A program made the position numbers and the translations under genes. Shown piece after piece: positions 45,262 to 58,600 of a stretch of 64,000 nt of DNA; positions within the stretch are counted from its first letter, which is position 1; each line of letters opens with the position of its first letter. The notes under the pieces were generated by a model. The model worked only from the letters and a program-made list of their open reading frames with translations. It was not told the origin of the DNA and made no database searches. The DNA is from Bugula neritina (taxonomy: Eukaryota; Animalia; Bryozoa): contig OZ037767.1 in NCBI GenBank assembly GCA_964035545.1, forward strand, positions 3,984,707 to 4,048,706, in the 5' to 3' direction.

Positions 45262-48200
45262 TTAAATATTGTCATAGTTTTTTGAAGATCCTTCAGTTTT
45301 ACCTCCTTTTATAGCAAACCCGACTCCATCCTGTGAAAAGAGACCAGTTAACTCTGCATTATATACATGTATTGTATATACTACACATACTAGAACTGCT
45401 GCATATACTACATAATATACTATATATGCTACTGCATATAATACTACATATATTACTATATATGCTACATATCATACTACAAGCACAATATATACTACTG
45501 CACATATTACTATATATATACCATAACATAATATATTACAAATACTACATATGTGACTATATATACTACATATGCCACATAAAATGGGCATCTATAAAAG
45601 CAACTAATAAAAGTATACCTTAAATGAGCTGAAGGTGAGCTCACAGAGCTTGTAGTGAGGTACTTGTTTGTAAGATGCCACGTCTTTCTTCAGTTTGTAG
45701 TACAGGACAGCAGAAATCATGTACACCACCACCAGCACCAGTAACCTATATAAATCATAAATCCTTATTTATGAAGTTAAAACTTTTCAAAGCTGTTACT
45801 AAAATGATACATTTATTCGTACTTTTTTTAGTATAATTTCAATCACTAATACAATTTAGCAAAATACAAATCATTTTGTAGGTCTATTATAGGTCTGTAC
45901 ATACTTTATTATAATAGTGCCAAATAGAGGCAACATAAAATGCAATACACCTTATCAGGTTTTGTAATTCTTTATCTTATTGATAATGTGAATTAGCATT
46001 GCCTAATAGTGCTGTTAATAAACACACTATCAAAACTGTATTTATTTTGACGATATAATAAAATAGCATTATTTTGATATTATAATTAACTGCATTTGAG
46101 AAGTTTGAAAGCAACATTTTGCGCACTGAATATGGAACTGCATCTAATAGAAACTACACTCAACTTTCATACATATTATATGAGAAAGCTGACTAGAGAT
46201 TATAAACAATAAATTGCCATTAGTTATAGTCTTACATAATACAGAGTACAGAGCCTGCGCTTAACCCCTTCGAACTAGCAGGTGGAGTAGATGGTACCGG
46301 GGCTAGAAAACAGCAGTGTCTACTCGTAAGCGACCATTTCTGCAAAAGTTAGGCATTCATTAATAATATAATATACAAATATAATATACAAATCAATATA
46401 ATACACAAATTAATATAATATATATATATAAAAGCAAACATAATATTATTATAAATTCTGTAGTGTTATTATGATAACTATTGTCAAATAACAATACAAA
46501 TATAGAGTCAACATAAATCAGTATGTGTGCAAATATAAGCAAACATACTATGAATTTTATAGCGTTGCTATGACAACTGATTTTAGCTAGAAATACAAAT
46601 AGTTACAAAAACTGTTAAAATGCCCGCAAGTACCCAGAAGTCATTGGTTCCGAGCTCAAAGTTATCCGTTTCACTGGTCCCACATATTAGCTTTATTTTC
46701 ACTGTTGTCACTCTACAAGCAGTATGTTAAAGTTGTTTGCGAAATTAAATGCAATAACAATATTTCAACAAGAATATAAAATATTAAATTGTGAAGATCT
46801 TATTAATTTATGCATTTAAATGCAAAATCAATGTGTGTGCACGTGTGTGCGTGTGTGTGTGTGTGTGCGTGTGCGTGCATGCATGCGTGTGTGTGCATGC
46901 GTGCGTGTGTGTGTTTTAACCAGTCATTTTAAATTATCACTGACACCGAAGTTCTACATTGAAAAACACAGTGACCAAGTATATACTTTGTTATCTGCTA
47001 TTAGTTATCGTTTGCTTAGCCTTTGTGCCTCATGTTGTTACTTACGAAGGAGCTGTTGTGTATTCTAGTATTAAATCATCGCCATCAGCAGTAAAGTTAG
47101 CTTGATCTTTAGTTCCAAAGCTAGATCCAAAATTTTCATTATACACTGCACAGACCTGCAACATGCTGTATTATACACTGCACAGACCTGCAACATACTG
47201 TAATATACAATACACAGACCTGTAACATACTGTATTATATAATGCACAGACCTGCAACATACTGTATTATATAATGCACAGAGGCCTGTAAATAATATAA
47301 TATTATAACAATGATTAGTTTATCTCAACTATAATGGCTTTTCACAATATGGAAAAAAACTGAAATACTGTCATACTGTTTTTAACATTAAAGTTACACT
47401 GTATCTCACCAAAAGCATTATATAACAAAGAGATAAGATGGCTAATAGCTTCTTGTATATCATAATTACAATGCCATATACTGACACGTTTGGATAGAAA
47501 TTTATCCTAGGAATATCAAGTTACACAACGCGATAGTGAACTGCCATTATATAACATTGAGTTGCAATTTAGTTTCATAATAGTGTGTTGTGATGCAGAT
47601 ATGCTAGACCTTACCTCCACGTTCTTACACTCCTCTGAGCTGCCATGGAAATTATAGCATGGGTTCCAAAGAAACGTCGTGCCTCCTATTCCTCCAGACT
47701 TTTTGGTGAATCTACACACAAAAAATCTTCAGAGTAATTCAGAAGTTTGACCCCATGAGACTTGTTTGTTCTGCAAAGGCCGTGCTACACAGGAAATTTT
47801 GTGAAAACATCATGCGTTGACAGCAGGAGCAAAACTCAAGTGACCAATAGCATTTGCCCATGACTTTACTGCTGCATGTATGTTGTAACTTATTATTTAA
47901 GTTTAAAACTCATTCACTATTTTCAGTAGTGTGATTTTCAAATTAATTAAAATATATATTGAACCTGAGATGCAAAAAGTGGAATCCCTAAATTATAGTA
48001 CTTAGCCAATTAATTTATGTTAAAATTTTGGCAGTATTCATTCATAATGCTGATCAAGTGAAATCTGTATAAGGCAGCCTAATCTATGCAAAGTGTTGAC
48101 TAGCAGTGTGTGCAGAGATCCGCTCCACGTGACACGATCACACTATGTGCTCTCAGCAACAATGTTGAAAGCATTGCTTGAGTTATGACAAATATGGCCC

Positions 48201-49326
48201 ATGGCTAGCATCTAAGTTTTAGGAACTATAAAAGACAACCAATCATTTAACTTAAAACTCCAGCATTACCTACTATATGTTGCTTTAGTTTTCAAAATTC
48301 AACCTGCATTCTACACATTCAAATGAAAATTTTAATAATTTAAAGCATTAATTTTTTCTAATATACTTCAACTAGTTATATCTGCATTATAGTAATTATC
48401 TTTTCATGAGTTTTCTTCAAAAGTTGATTCATTACTATTTAATCAACTAGCAACTTCCTTGTTCACCTACTACCGAAGTTGAATAATTTAGTTTGATATC
48501 CTTGATCACTGCTCTTGATATGGGGGGGGGGGAAAGTACCAGCTCGCCTACCCACTATTACGATGATTATTCTGCTCGTGCCACTGAGCTGGAATAATTA
48601 TTGAGCTCATTGGGTCGTGCAACTAAATAAAATTACTTACAAGCAGCTCCGACTTGGGGGTAACTGAGTGCATTAGTTTGGGATTACAAGTTGGGGGTTT
48701 ACAATAACTCGACCTCAACTCACCCCCAATCCGGAGCTGTTTATAGAACTATTCTAACTAATTAGAGTAATGTGAACATGCTTTATAATACAAATAAACA
48801 AGTTGATGTCCTCAGCTGATTGATTTGCCAGGTTGTATGAAGAAAATAATGTTTTTCAACATCATAATTAGTTTCAGAATTGATTCATTGCTGCTGTGTC
48901 CTTATTATTATAGGCAAGAATTAGTTAGAGTTCATACACTGAGATCTGTAGTGTTAGTTGACTATAATCATTGTGAATTAATATTATTCACTTTAAGTCA
49001 GTGAAATCTGTGGGTGTTTTTTATTGAACAAAGTATAAGGCTTGATTTTTTAATCTGTACTTAAAGAGGAGTTCATAACATGACTGAATTATGTAATAAT
49101 TTACACAGGGGGCATGTTTTTGAATATATTTTATATTTCTAGCGTAGATTTTACTTTCTTACCTTGGTGAACCATTACTCTTAGCTACTCCACTTAAATC
49201 CACTCTTCCTTTGTCTGTTGTTACTTTGCAACTTTTTTCTTCTGTTGACAAAACTTTGAGACCAAAAACACCAACTAGACTTTGTGCATGTAGTGCAATT
49301 AAAACCGTTAGGATAGTAAGCTCCAT
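45262..49326 (-). CDS. Single MRH-domain type I membrane receptor (cation-dependent M6P receptor/ATG27-like), 249 aa. Exons 49326-49163, 47711-47615, 47155-47046, 46712-46634, 46339-46236, 45745-45619, 45330-45262
   Basis: Signal peptide MELTILTVLIALHAQSLVG, then SCKVTTDKGRVDLS, FLWNPCYNF, VKIKLIC, LTSRHCC, GLSAGSVLCIMLLVLVVVYMISAVLYYK (TM), VPHYKL..SFK|DG and tail YDNI*. Exons sum to 750 nt. Confidence 0.85.
45355..45580. repeat. Degenerate ~12-nt (ATATACTACATA-like) tandem repeat in last intron of MRH gene
   Basis: Direct observation. Confidence 0.8.
46832..46914. repeat. (TG/CG) microsatellite
   Basis: Direct observation. Confidence 0.9.
47138..47290 (-). repeat. 32-nt tandem repeat (4 full copies plus 1 partial) spanning the intron 2 / exon 3 acceptor of the MRH gene
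   Basis: Minus-strand unit ACAGTATGTTGCAG|GTCTGTGCAGTGTATAAT. The last copy is the real acceptor (exon starts 47155). Confidence 0.92.
48641..48741. mobile_element. MITE-like element, family B, copy 1
   Basis: Imperfect TIRs AAGCAGCTCCGACTTGGGGG / CCCCCAATCCGGAGCTGTTT; related to 50029-50344. Confidence 0.5.
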
Positions 49327-50028
49327 TTTATAATTAAATTTTAATATACTTGAAGCTGCACTCCAAGTGATGCAACTAATGACATGTATACTGGTCAATG
49401 GGATTTCTAAACTCACATAAATACACAATTGCTAATGTTTAGATTGTTTCGGATTGTGATATGATAACCAACCAGAATGTAGGTAATAAATGATAAAGTA
49501 GCTGATTACACAATTATATGTATTGTACTCTGATTGTAAGTGATTATCAGCTGATAGAAAACTGAACTAGAGCATAGAGTTTAGAGTGCAGGACACCATT
49601 TTACCAGGAAACCTTGTTATATTGATACATGTCATCATGGTTTTTAAAAGGAACTATGATAATCAACAGCTTTGTTTTTTCACAGAAACATCCAAATACC
49701 AATGCTTTAAAATGCTAACACAAATAGAAATACCAGTCGCAAGATGGTAAATACATACATAGGCCTGGTTGTGATTGCAATGACATGGCTACAGCTCATA
49801 GCTTAGTTTGGTAGCTTAGCTGTTCCCATAGCATTCTCAGCATGTCTGCCAATAGCTTATCTCATTGCATCGACTGATGCCTATTCTTTCTCATCTGGCA
49901 TCTGGTACTCCATCAATACATTCTCAACATACTCAGTCTACATTTACATTATACTAACTGCTTGTCTTTACCTCCAGTGATGGGGGTTTAAGGCTATAGA
50001 CGAGACTTCATAACGTGAGTTGTTCTAT

Positions 50029-50344
50029 AAGCAGCTCCAAGTTGGAAGTGAAGGACAGTTTTAGCTTGAGGATTCAACTCCAAACTTGAGACCCTCAAAC
50101 TAAAATCCTCCTTCTCCCCAGCTTGTAGAACAATTCTCATAACATGCTTGGACATGGCTTGGAGCAGGCACCACAGTAGCAATTTCAGCCTAGCAATTCG
50201 TATGAGTATTGCTAGAAGCGGCACCTAGTTGAGGGTAACTGGGTGCAATGTTGCACGCGCACCAGAGTCCGAACTCTAAGCCCCCAACTCCAAACTTGTG
50301 ACCACCTGCTAATGTACTCAATCATCTCCAACTCGGGGCTGCTT
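50029..50344. mobile_element. MITE-like element, family B, copy 2 (longer or composite)
   Basis: Ends AAGCAGCTCCAAGTTGGA / TCCAACTCGGGGCTGCTT. The reverse complement of 50280-50344 aligns by eye with 48641-48700. Confidence 0.5.
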
Positions 50345-51154
50345 CAAACAATGTTCACATTCATTCATATTTTGCTCCTATCATGCTGTGTTCTGTTATT
50401 AAGGAGCATATGACACTTAATACATAAACGAGTTGGGTAAGACAGGGGATCATCCTATTGAAACATGCAGTCACGTGTGTCGGTATGATTGCCTAATTAA
50501 ACAATATTACAACAATCTGTTGTGTACACATCATTAACGTCTCTGTGAAGCGCTGATTGGCTGATGATGTGACAAATGAGTGCGTAGTAACGTGGGTCAA
50601 CCCGATCTGAAATGCAGCTTCATGTTATATTATTATTAGATTGCTACTAACCTAGAATGGAGTGTATTATTTGGTGACGCATTCACAGTATCAAACCTCT
50701 GTTTGAAGTTATCAGGTAAACTTTACTTGTATAAACAAATTCTCTTAGAGATGAACAAGTCTAACCTAGTAGGCTATAACCAAGCCTTAGTTGTAAATTT
50801 GACTCCAATTTATTTTTTTTTAACCAAAAACGAAACTTGTCTTTAAGTTTAATTGTAAGTTTAATTATCTGCTCAAAAAGCTTTTAGTTTGTCAAATTTT
50901 GCACTGCTAAGTCTAGCTTTTTACTGAATGAGGACAATGTAAGATGATTTAACTATTAGCACGAATTGTGAAGCCTACAATGTTGAGGTTAGTTTAATAT
51001 AAGAATCTAATTCTCTTGCAAACAGATTCTTTCGATTCCTGGTAAACACATATTTTAACAATATTACATAACAGATTGGGTCATTAGTTGTAGCTTCTCC
51101 GTAGTAGCTAGTTGCCTGTAGCTTTCTAGGGTAAAATAACCCGTAAATAGAAGA

Positions 51155-51325
51155 AAGGGTAGTGTGCAACTAGCTACCAAGTATACAAAGGGGTAGTATG
51201 AAATAACTACCAATTAAAGATGGGGAGAGGGTAGTTTAGAATAACCATCAAGTAAAGAGGGGGTTGTTTTAGAATAGCTATCAAGTAAAGAGAGGGTAGT
51301 TTTAGAATAACTATCAAAAGGAGGG
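51155..51325. repeat. ~30-nt degenerate minisatellite (GGGTAGTTTTAGAATAACTATCAAGTAAAGA-like)
   Basis: 5-6 copies visible. Confidence 0.75.
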
Positions 51326-52620
51326 ATTGTTGAATCAGTATAGCGTCAAAGTTGATGTATTCTTTAGTTCATCAATTGTTTTGTTTTCAAAACAATTGAG
51401 TTATCAGCCTAATAAGTATAGCAGAACCTGGTATGCATGGGTCTTTAGCTTGTTTTTAATAAACGTCACCATAGCGCTGCAAGATATTTATATAATATAT
51501 CAGTAAAATATGTTTGTCTAATTTCCTTCAACAACAAGCTGCTATTTGGGTTAATGGCTCTCATATAGCCATGGTTTTTGTATTTAAGTCTTCAAGGGCT
51601 ACTCGTTAAGACTACAGGGTGTTTTTACTTGCAGCTTGCAATATTAGCCTAAAGTTAATCACACAAATGACTGGAGAGGTTTATTCATGCTGGAATCTTT
51701 CATTATAGAATAATCATGCAGTGAATTGAATGACTGAAGTACAAGAGCCTATGAATTGTGTACACAGAACAAACCAGTTTTGAAAAATTTCAACATACGT
51801 TATGATTTACAAAACCACTGGAAATAATAGGATCGGAAGTAATAGGATCGGAAGTTAATTGACTCAGTTGTAAAAGGAAGTTGATAGTTGAGACTGAAAA
51901 TAACAAAGATTCATAATCTTAAAATTTTAAAGTTCTCTTCAGTAACAAAATAAGCTGATCAGTAATGAGTGTTGGGTGTCCATGTAAGTTGAGAAAATTA
52001 TCCCCTCAGTCAACATCAAAAATTAAACAAGATTCAACTGTAAGCTAAATATTTATGTGAAGCTTTTGGCAGTCTACACTATGAGGTCTATTAACTACAT
52101 AGCAACTAAAGAGGAAGTTCAACAAACATAAGTTCTTTAAACTGTTATATAAATTTTGGTTTGGGCGTGTGTTGAAATTATTGTGAGAACATAACTTCTT
52201 ATGCTACATTTCTAATTTAGAACCCAGGATTTTCTCAATTTCTCTATTTCTGGACCTACCTTTTATTTCATTACTACCATTTTACAGTAGAAATTGCCTA
52301 AGACTAGAGTTTAGAACTTGAAATAAATTGCAAAAAAATATAGCTTATGCGAAATTATATTTGCTCAATTTAAATTAAAACTTAATAGCACCACTTCGCT
52401 GAGTATGTCAACAAATATTAGCAATATTATTCAAACATCAATTAAAATTTTATCTTAGTTAACATTAAATTTAAAATATAGCTTCACATATATAATAGTT
52501 CACAGGACTATTATTTGTGCTGTGAATCAGATTTTATTGAATTTTCAGATTCCAATAGCACCGGTCTCCAGTCTCCCCCTTACCATCTCACCACTTACCA
52601 CCCCTCTGAGAAGAGGCAAG

Positions 52621-55600
52621 ATGTACAGGATCATCATAATATTCTTTGGCATTCTCCATCTTTCCACAAGTATGCATAGCTTCATACCCTCTGATACTGT
52701 TGTTTTAGTTATATGTGGCATGTAGTAAAGAGTATACATACAATGCCAGAAATTAAAATTGAACTTTTCCATCACTAACTGTTTAGCAGTTCAGAAATTT
52801 CATCACTGCCAGGTCAACACTGTTAGGTAGTGATTGAGTGTCTTCAAACAACCTGTTGAACTCTCAGGGTATAACATTTGCTCCAGGCTAGAAAATTGCA
52901 CGAGTACACAATTCCAAAGTTGTATTTAGGTGAGCGCTAAACCATCTCTCAACATTTCACTGCAGCATAAATATAACTAGTCATCTACAGCTGCAAATAA
53001 GACCTGTTAGAAGGCTACAGAATGTTTAAATTTCTTTTTGCAATGTGACTGGCACAGTTTAAAAAAGCAGTTATATATAGCAAAGTAAGCTTGAAATAAT
53101 TGGTTTAGTTAATTTTCGTTATTTGAGTTTGTAGTTTGTTTTGCCATCTTTAGCACCGACAGCTCAAAACAATTTGCTGCTTTCTTTGAATATGCTTTTC
53201 TTGGCAGATGTATAAGTTATTGGTCAGCAACCTGGTAGAAGAGTAAAAGTTCCTTTCAGCGGTTCCTCCTGCTAAAATATTGTAAATTTTTGAAATTGCT
53301 AGTAAAGGACTCTAAGTAGTGAAGCACTATCGAGAGTTTTTCACATGGATATAGATTATAAACCTGCTTTAGTGCAGCTAAGCTCTATTTGTTTAGGAAA
53401 AACAAACCTAACTAGATATGCACTGTTTTTCCAAGCTTATGCGAATGGATTTTTCATTCTATGTTGAAAACTGATGAAACCACAATCATAGCTAATGAAA
53501 ACAGCAGCCACAAATTCATCTATCCATTACTTTATTGCTATAATTGTAAAGAAGTATTAAATACTTATTAAATAATAAAAACTATTTTTATTTTATTATA
53601 TAACTATTAAGTCCAAGGCACATCAAATAGCTAATGGTATATAATTGATTGAGTATAAAGCTCATATACAGTATAGCATAAATATAAGATATGAAATATA
53701 TAAATTTAATATGGTATATTATATAAAGCAAATTATAAAATAGTGTATAAAATTAAGTAAAAAAAACATATTATATGTACTATATATGAAATACAGAATA
53801 AGAGAGATTTCATCCTACATAGTACTACATTATTATAGAGTAGTGAAACTCTAACAAACAGCAGTTGGGTATGTGTGTGTTCAGAGATTACTTATAGTGT
53901 GTGTTTACACAACAGATATATGTATATATACTCGCTCACAAGCACTTTTCAATTTTTCATATGCGCTGCATATGCTTATATTTTATATTTGTATTATATG
54001 TTTATATTTTGTATCTTATATTTATAGTTTATAATTTATATTTATAATTTATATTTATAATTTATATTTATACTTTATATTTATACTTTACATTATATAT
54101 TTATATTATATATTTATATTTTATATTTATATTTTATATTTATATTTTTGTATTTGATAAATAGTTTGATCTATTTAGTTGACTATTCATCACTAAATCC
54201 TAAGAGTTAAACTTGTAGCACAGAGTGAAGCCCTGTCTTGTGACTGGCCAACAGCTAATGGTAAACTCTCCCCACGTGTTCAGAATAATCCTACTCAAGT
54301 TATAAACAATGTCACAAACATAGCAGACTGTAGAGATCAGTGTGTAGATGAGAGCTCATTTATCTGTGCTGCTATAAACTATGGTGGGAATAGTAAGACA
54401 TGTGAGCTCCTCACTGAAAGTAATGAGACAGCTAGTATAACTATGTTAGAAGATGGATGGGAATATTCTGTACGGCCCATCTGTGCAGGTAATAAATAGT
54501 TAATAATAGTTTGATTAAATAGGAATCTGTGCAGTTTATTGTTCTTATAAATTTTTGTTTCAAAACAAATTAGGAGAAAACTATTAAACAAATCAAGCAT
54601 GCTCTTAGAAACTAAAGAAAGCTATTAATAAAATGGCTGAATACTTTTCTCTACCCAACATTATGCAGCTTTGAAATACTACATATTATATACAGTTATG
54701 TGTATTCCCAAAATAATGTTTTTAGTACATGATTAAAACATACCTTTTTACTAAAAGCAATTGGTTGGTTATGTGCCAATAGGAATGTGGTTACCATGGA
54801 AACTGGGTAAAGCAAACACTTCTGCAGCTTATTTAAATCCAAATGCTCCCAAACTGGAGGATTGCATGACTGAGTGTCTTAGAGATGATAGTAAAGGACC
54901 CGAATGTAGATCTATTGGAATAGACTCTTCCAGCTCCTCTTGTGACCTTTTCAACTCATCAGCTAGTTCAGGATCTCCTGCAGTCTATGATTCTCTATAC
55001 TTTAACAAACCTGCCTGGTATTTAGGTGAGTTCAAGTTCAGTGACACCCTCTCTACTATTTTGCTAAAGCACATACCATGTTCACTCACGCGGGTTCTCT
55101 TTTATAAATTCTCTTTCTGTAACATTTATAGTGACAGAATAGCAACTAGAAGTAAATTTTGAAGTTAAACACATTAAAGTTGAACATACAAGTGTACTTG
55201 GGAGTGGTTAGTTTTTCTTAATTTAATACCAGTTACAAGTACTTAGTTGAATGAAGCTTTGAGTTAAATATGTTTTAATATAATTAGAAAAAAGTTAAAG
55301 TCTTTGTTAATGTCAGCTAACTTGCAAAAGTTTTCTCAAAATATAAGACTTTTTGATTTATTTGATATCTAATGAATATATTATATGCCTAAAACTGTGC
55401 TTTTCATAAAAAAGTTAATTTTTTATGAGATTTGTATATATTGATAACTTTTTACAATAAAATATTAAACTATTGCACTTTTATAAATTGTGGTTAAAAA
55501 TAAGCACCTGTCATTTTAGTATAGTTTGACTGCAAGCTGTTAGGATACTGAAACATTTCAGAACTTATTTGCCTGCCTAAAAATATTGAGAGCTCAAAAT

Positions 55601-58600
55601 AGTTTTTTAGTTTGGCATAATGTTTGCCTTTTGAAACGGTTTTCGAGCAGTAAAATACATTTGAAATAAATATTTCAAAATTAAAACTGTATGCAACTTT
55701 TTTTTTATCAAGTTCAGTGTTTAGATATAGTACCTGACTATATTAAGTTACTGAAGTTGACTCTATTGAAAAAAAGTAGTCTACTCCAAAGTTTTGAAAA
55801 AGTATTTCTAGAAAAAGCGGTTATTGCAATTTTTGTTAGCATCAGATGTTATTTGTTTGTTATAGACACATCAGTAGAAGCCAGTAAGGCAATCATTACA
55901 GAGTTATCACATGTTGGTAGTTACCTTCAGTTATTTCCCAACAAAACAATACCAGTTGATGGATATCTGGTTGGCTGGAAATACTATCTGAGTCCTCTCG
56001 TGCCAAGTGTGGGTCGCTGCACCTCATATGTCGGGGTTTGGCGTCCCATGCCAGGAGACAAGTTCCAGATAGTCTCTCGGACTAAACTGACTCAGCAGAC
56101 TTCTCAGGAGGGAGGAGTTCGCTTTCAGTTTGTACAGAATGAAACTTTCCGTGTGAAAGCTGGGGATATTCTTTCAATTTTTTCAAGCAAAACTGATGGC
56201 TGCAAGAATTATGTATCCAGTATAAACTCAAATACCAAGACGAATGAAAGAGGCTACAACATCCAAATAAAGGAACAACATATTGCTGCTAACGGTTTTG
56301 TATCCAAATCAGATGGAAGAACTTCTTTCAGGAATCCCGCTTTAAAGGCTTACGTTTCAAGTAATTTAACATACTTTACATAAATGTTTTGTATTTTTAT
56401 TTATTTCTGTAAATATAATAACTTTACTTTTTCTGCGTGTCTCATTTGATAGTTTAATGCTGTAAATTTTTTTAAAGCTTTTAATTTTGTTAAAAAATGA
56501 AATAATTTTATTTGTTTCACATAATATTAACAATTTCATTTCAATGCTTATTACAAAATATTTATATCAATCTATAAACATTTTTTAAAACCTGGAAACC
56601 ATTTATTTTCACAGAATATTTATCCTTGGAGTCAGCTCCTACATTGTTTCTCAATGAGTCACTAGTCAGCGGTCAGACCTGGCTGACTCTCCCTCCACCT
56701 CTGACATCAGAAGATGCTGTGGTGGTAGCTGGGTACAAAATTATCTGCTCTACAAGTACAGATATGCTACAGACTTTCAACTGCTCTGAGGGTGGTGGCT
56801 TAGTCCCCCCTCACTCTACGCACGTGTTACTCAGTCTACCAAGTGTGACTACACCTTACTATGCTGCCGTACAGATAGTTCGGAATTACAGAGGTCAGCC
56901 GCTGATAGATCTGATTGACCAACCAGATGTTAGTAACCCTCTTTGTGCAGGTAATGGGTAATATACTAAGTGCAGCTGTGTTAGTTTCGTATTTATTTTT
57001 AAACATTCCACGTTACATTATTAAACCTGTATAATTGTGTTATTGAATTAAGTGTAATTATTTTATTGCTCTAGTTATAGTAAGTTTAATATTTGTCATT
57101 TAAACTCTGCATGTTAATTTTGAAGGTCGTACAAAGGTGAATGATGCCAATCTCACAGAGTCTGGCAACTTGACAGACACTCAATCACTGGTTGTACTAA
57201 ACATAACTCTTCTAACCTCATTTGTAAGTCATGACTAAAATAGTAATGTTTAATTTTATCAGGAATAGCAAAAACATACAACGAATTACTATTTTAGCTT
57301 CAATTAGCAATCATTTGCGTCTCTTTTTGTATATGAGTTAACAGTTTACTTGTATCTTCTTAGGATGAAGATGATTACTGTGCAGAAAGTCTTAAACTAA
57401 CCTACAACCTGCAGACTACAGACTATCAGCCTGTGAATGAAACCAGTTTCAGTGTGGAGTTAAAACAAGGCATTGAATATGACTTGAGAATTTACTTAAA
57501 CCTCACTCATGGCGGTGATATTCTACTCTGGGAGGGAAAACATACAACATCTGCAGGTAGTCTAAACGTAGCTATTGCTTTTTCCTACTGCAATTATTTT
57601 CCTATGCTGCTCTAATATCTTACTAAAATGTTAGTTGATTTCATCACAACACTTTGAACATAACTAAAAGTTCCATCTATTATATGTTAGTTATTTCACA
57701 AGATGCCCTATTTTTTGCATGGTAAAGTGCTAAGCAAAAAAGTCCTCCATGTAGTCTATGGTGAATTTGACTGTTCTGTTATTATTGCTATATGCAGAGT
57801 TTGTGGCATTCTGAGCCTCACTATCAGTATTTCTGTAAATGTGCTAATTTCACTATGGGTTTCACTTCAATGATAGTTGACATTGATAGACTCTTGCCAT
57901 ACTGTTTAGTATAATATTTTTGATATGTAACCACGAAATACACGAGGTTTTTAGATGGTAAGTGAAAAGTTAGACAGAGAATAAAAATACTGAAAATACT
58001 ATAAACATCATAAAACAAAAAAATATTTCAACACAGACCACTAATTTTAGTGTCTTTGATATCCCAAATACTGGCTCAATATTATAGTGCAAAGTTAAAA
58101 TAATTATTTTTAACAGTTCGTTCAATAGTTAGGAATTATGCTAGCTGTTTAAAGCAAATGTTAACCAGCTATTTTTCTATTTTGTGACGTTTGCTTTTTA
58201 ATAAATAGTTCCAGTTCCTACAACAGCAGATTCTGGAAGTACTATGCCAAGGTCATTTCCTGCAATAATAGGCGGAGTTATGGGTGCCTTAATACTAGTG
58301 CTCATTGTTTCGATAGTTTCCATTCTATTCGTGTTCAAGAGAAGACAATCCAGGTATGTAGTTTGTGTCAACTTTGAATATCAGAATTTATTTATTAAAA
58401 TAAAAATACTATCAGTAACTTATATTATAAATTTTGTTTGTCGAGCTGGTAAATATAGTTTTACTGCATGCAGTAACTTGAACCAACACAAGTTATGGCT
58501 TTAATACTCAACTGTAAAGCTAATGACTTGTATGTTGTGCAATATATGAAAGCAATTAACTGTGAAGACTATCTTTGCAGATCGGATAGAGGACTGCCCG

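Noticed and set aside
45333-45623. His/Ile/Leu-rich 96-aa ORF
   Set aside because: Antisense translation of an intronic tandem repeat in the MRH gene.
53209-53270. Extra PTP coding exon after ttggcag
   Set aside because: In the required phase it hits TAA immediately; exon 52669 joins 54219 cleanly.
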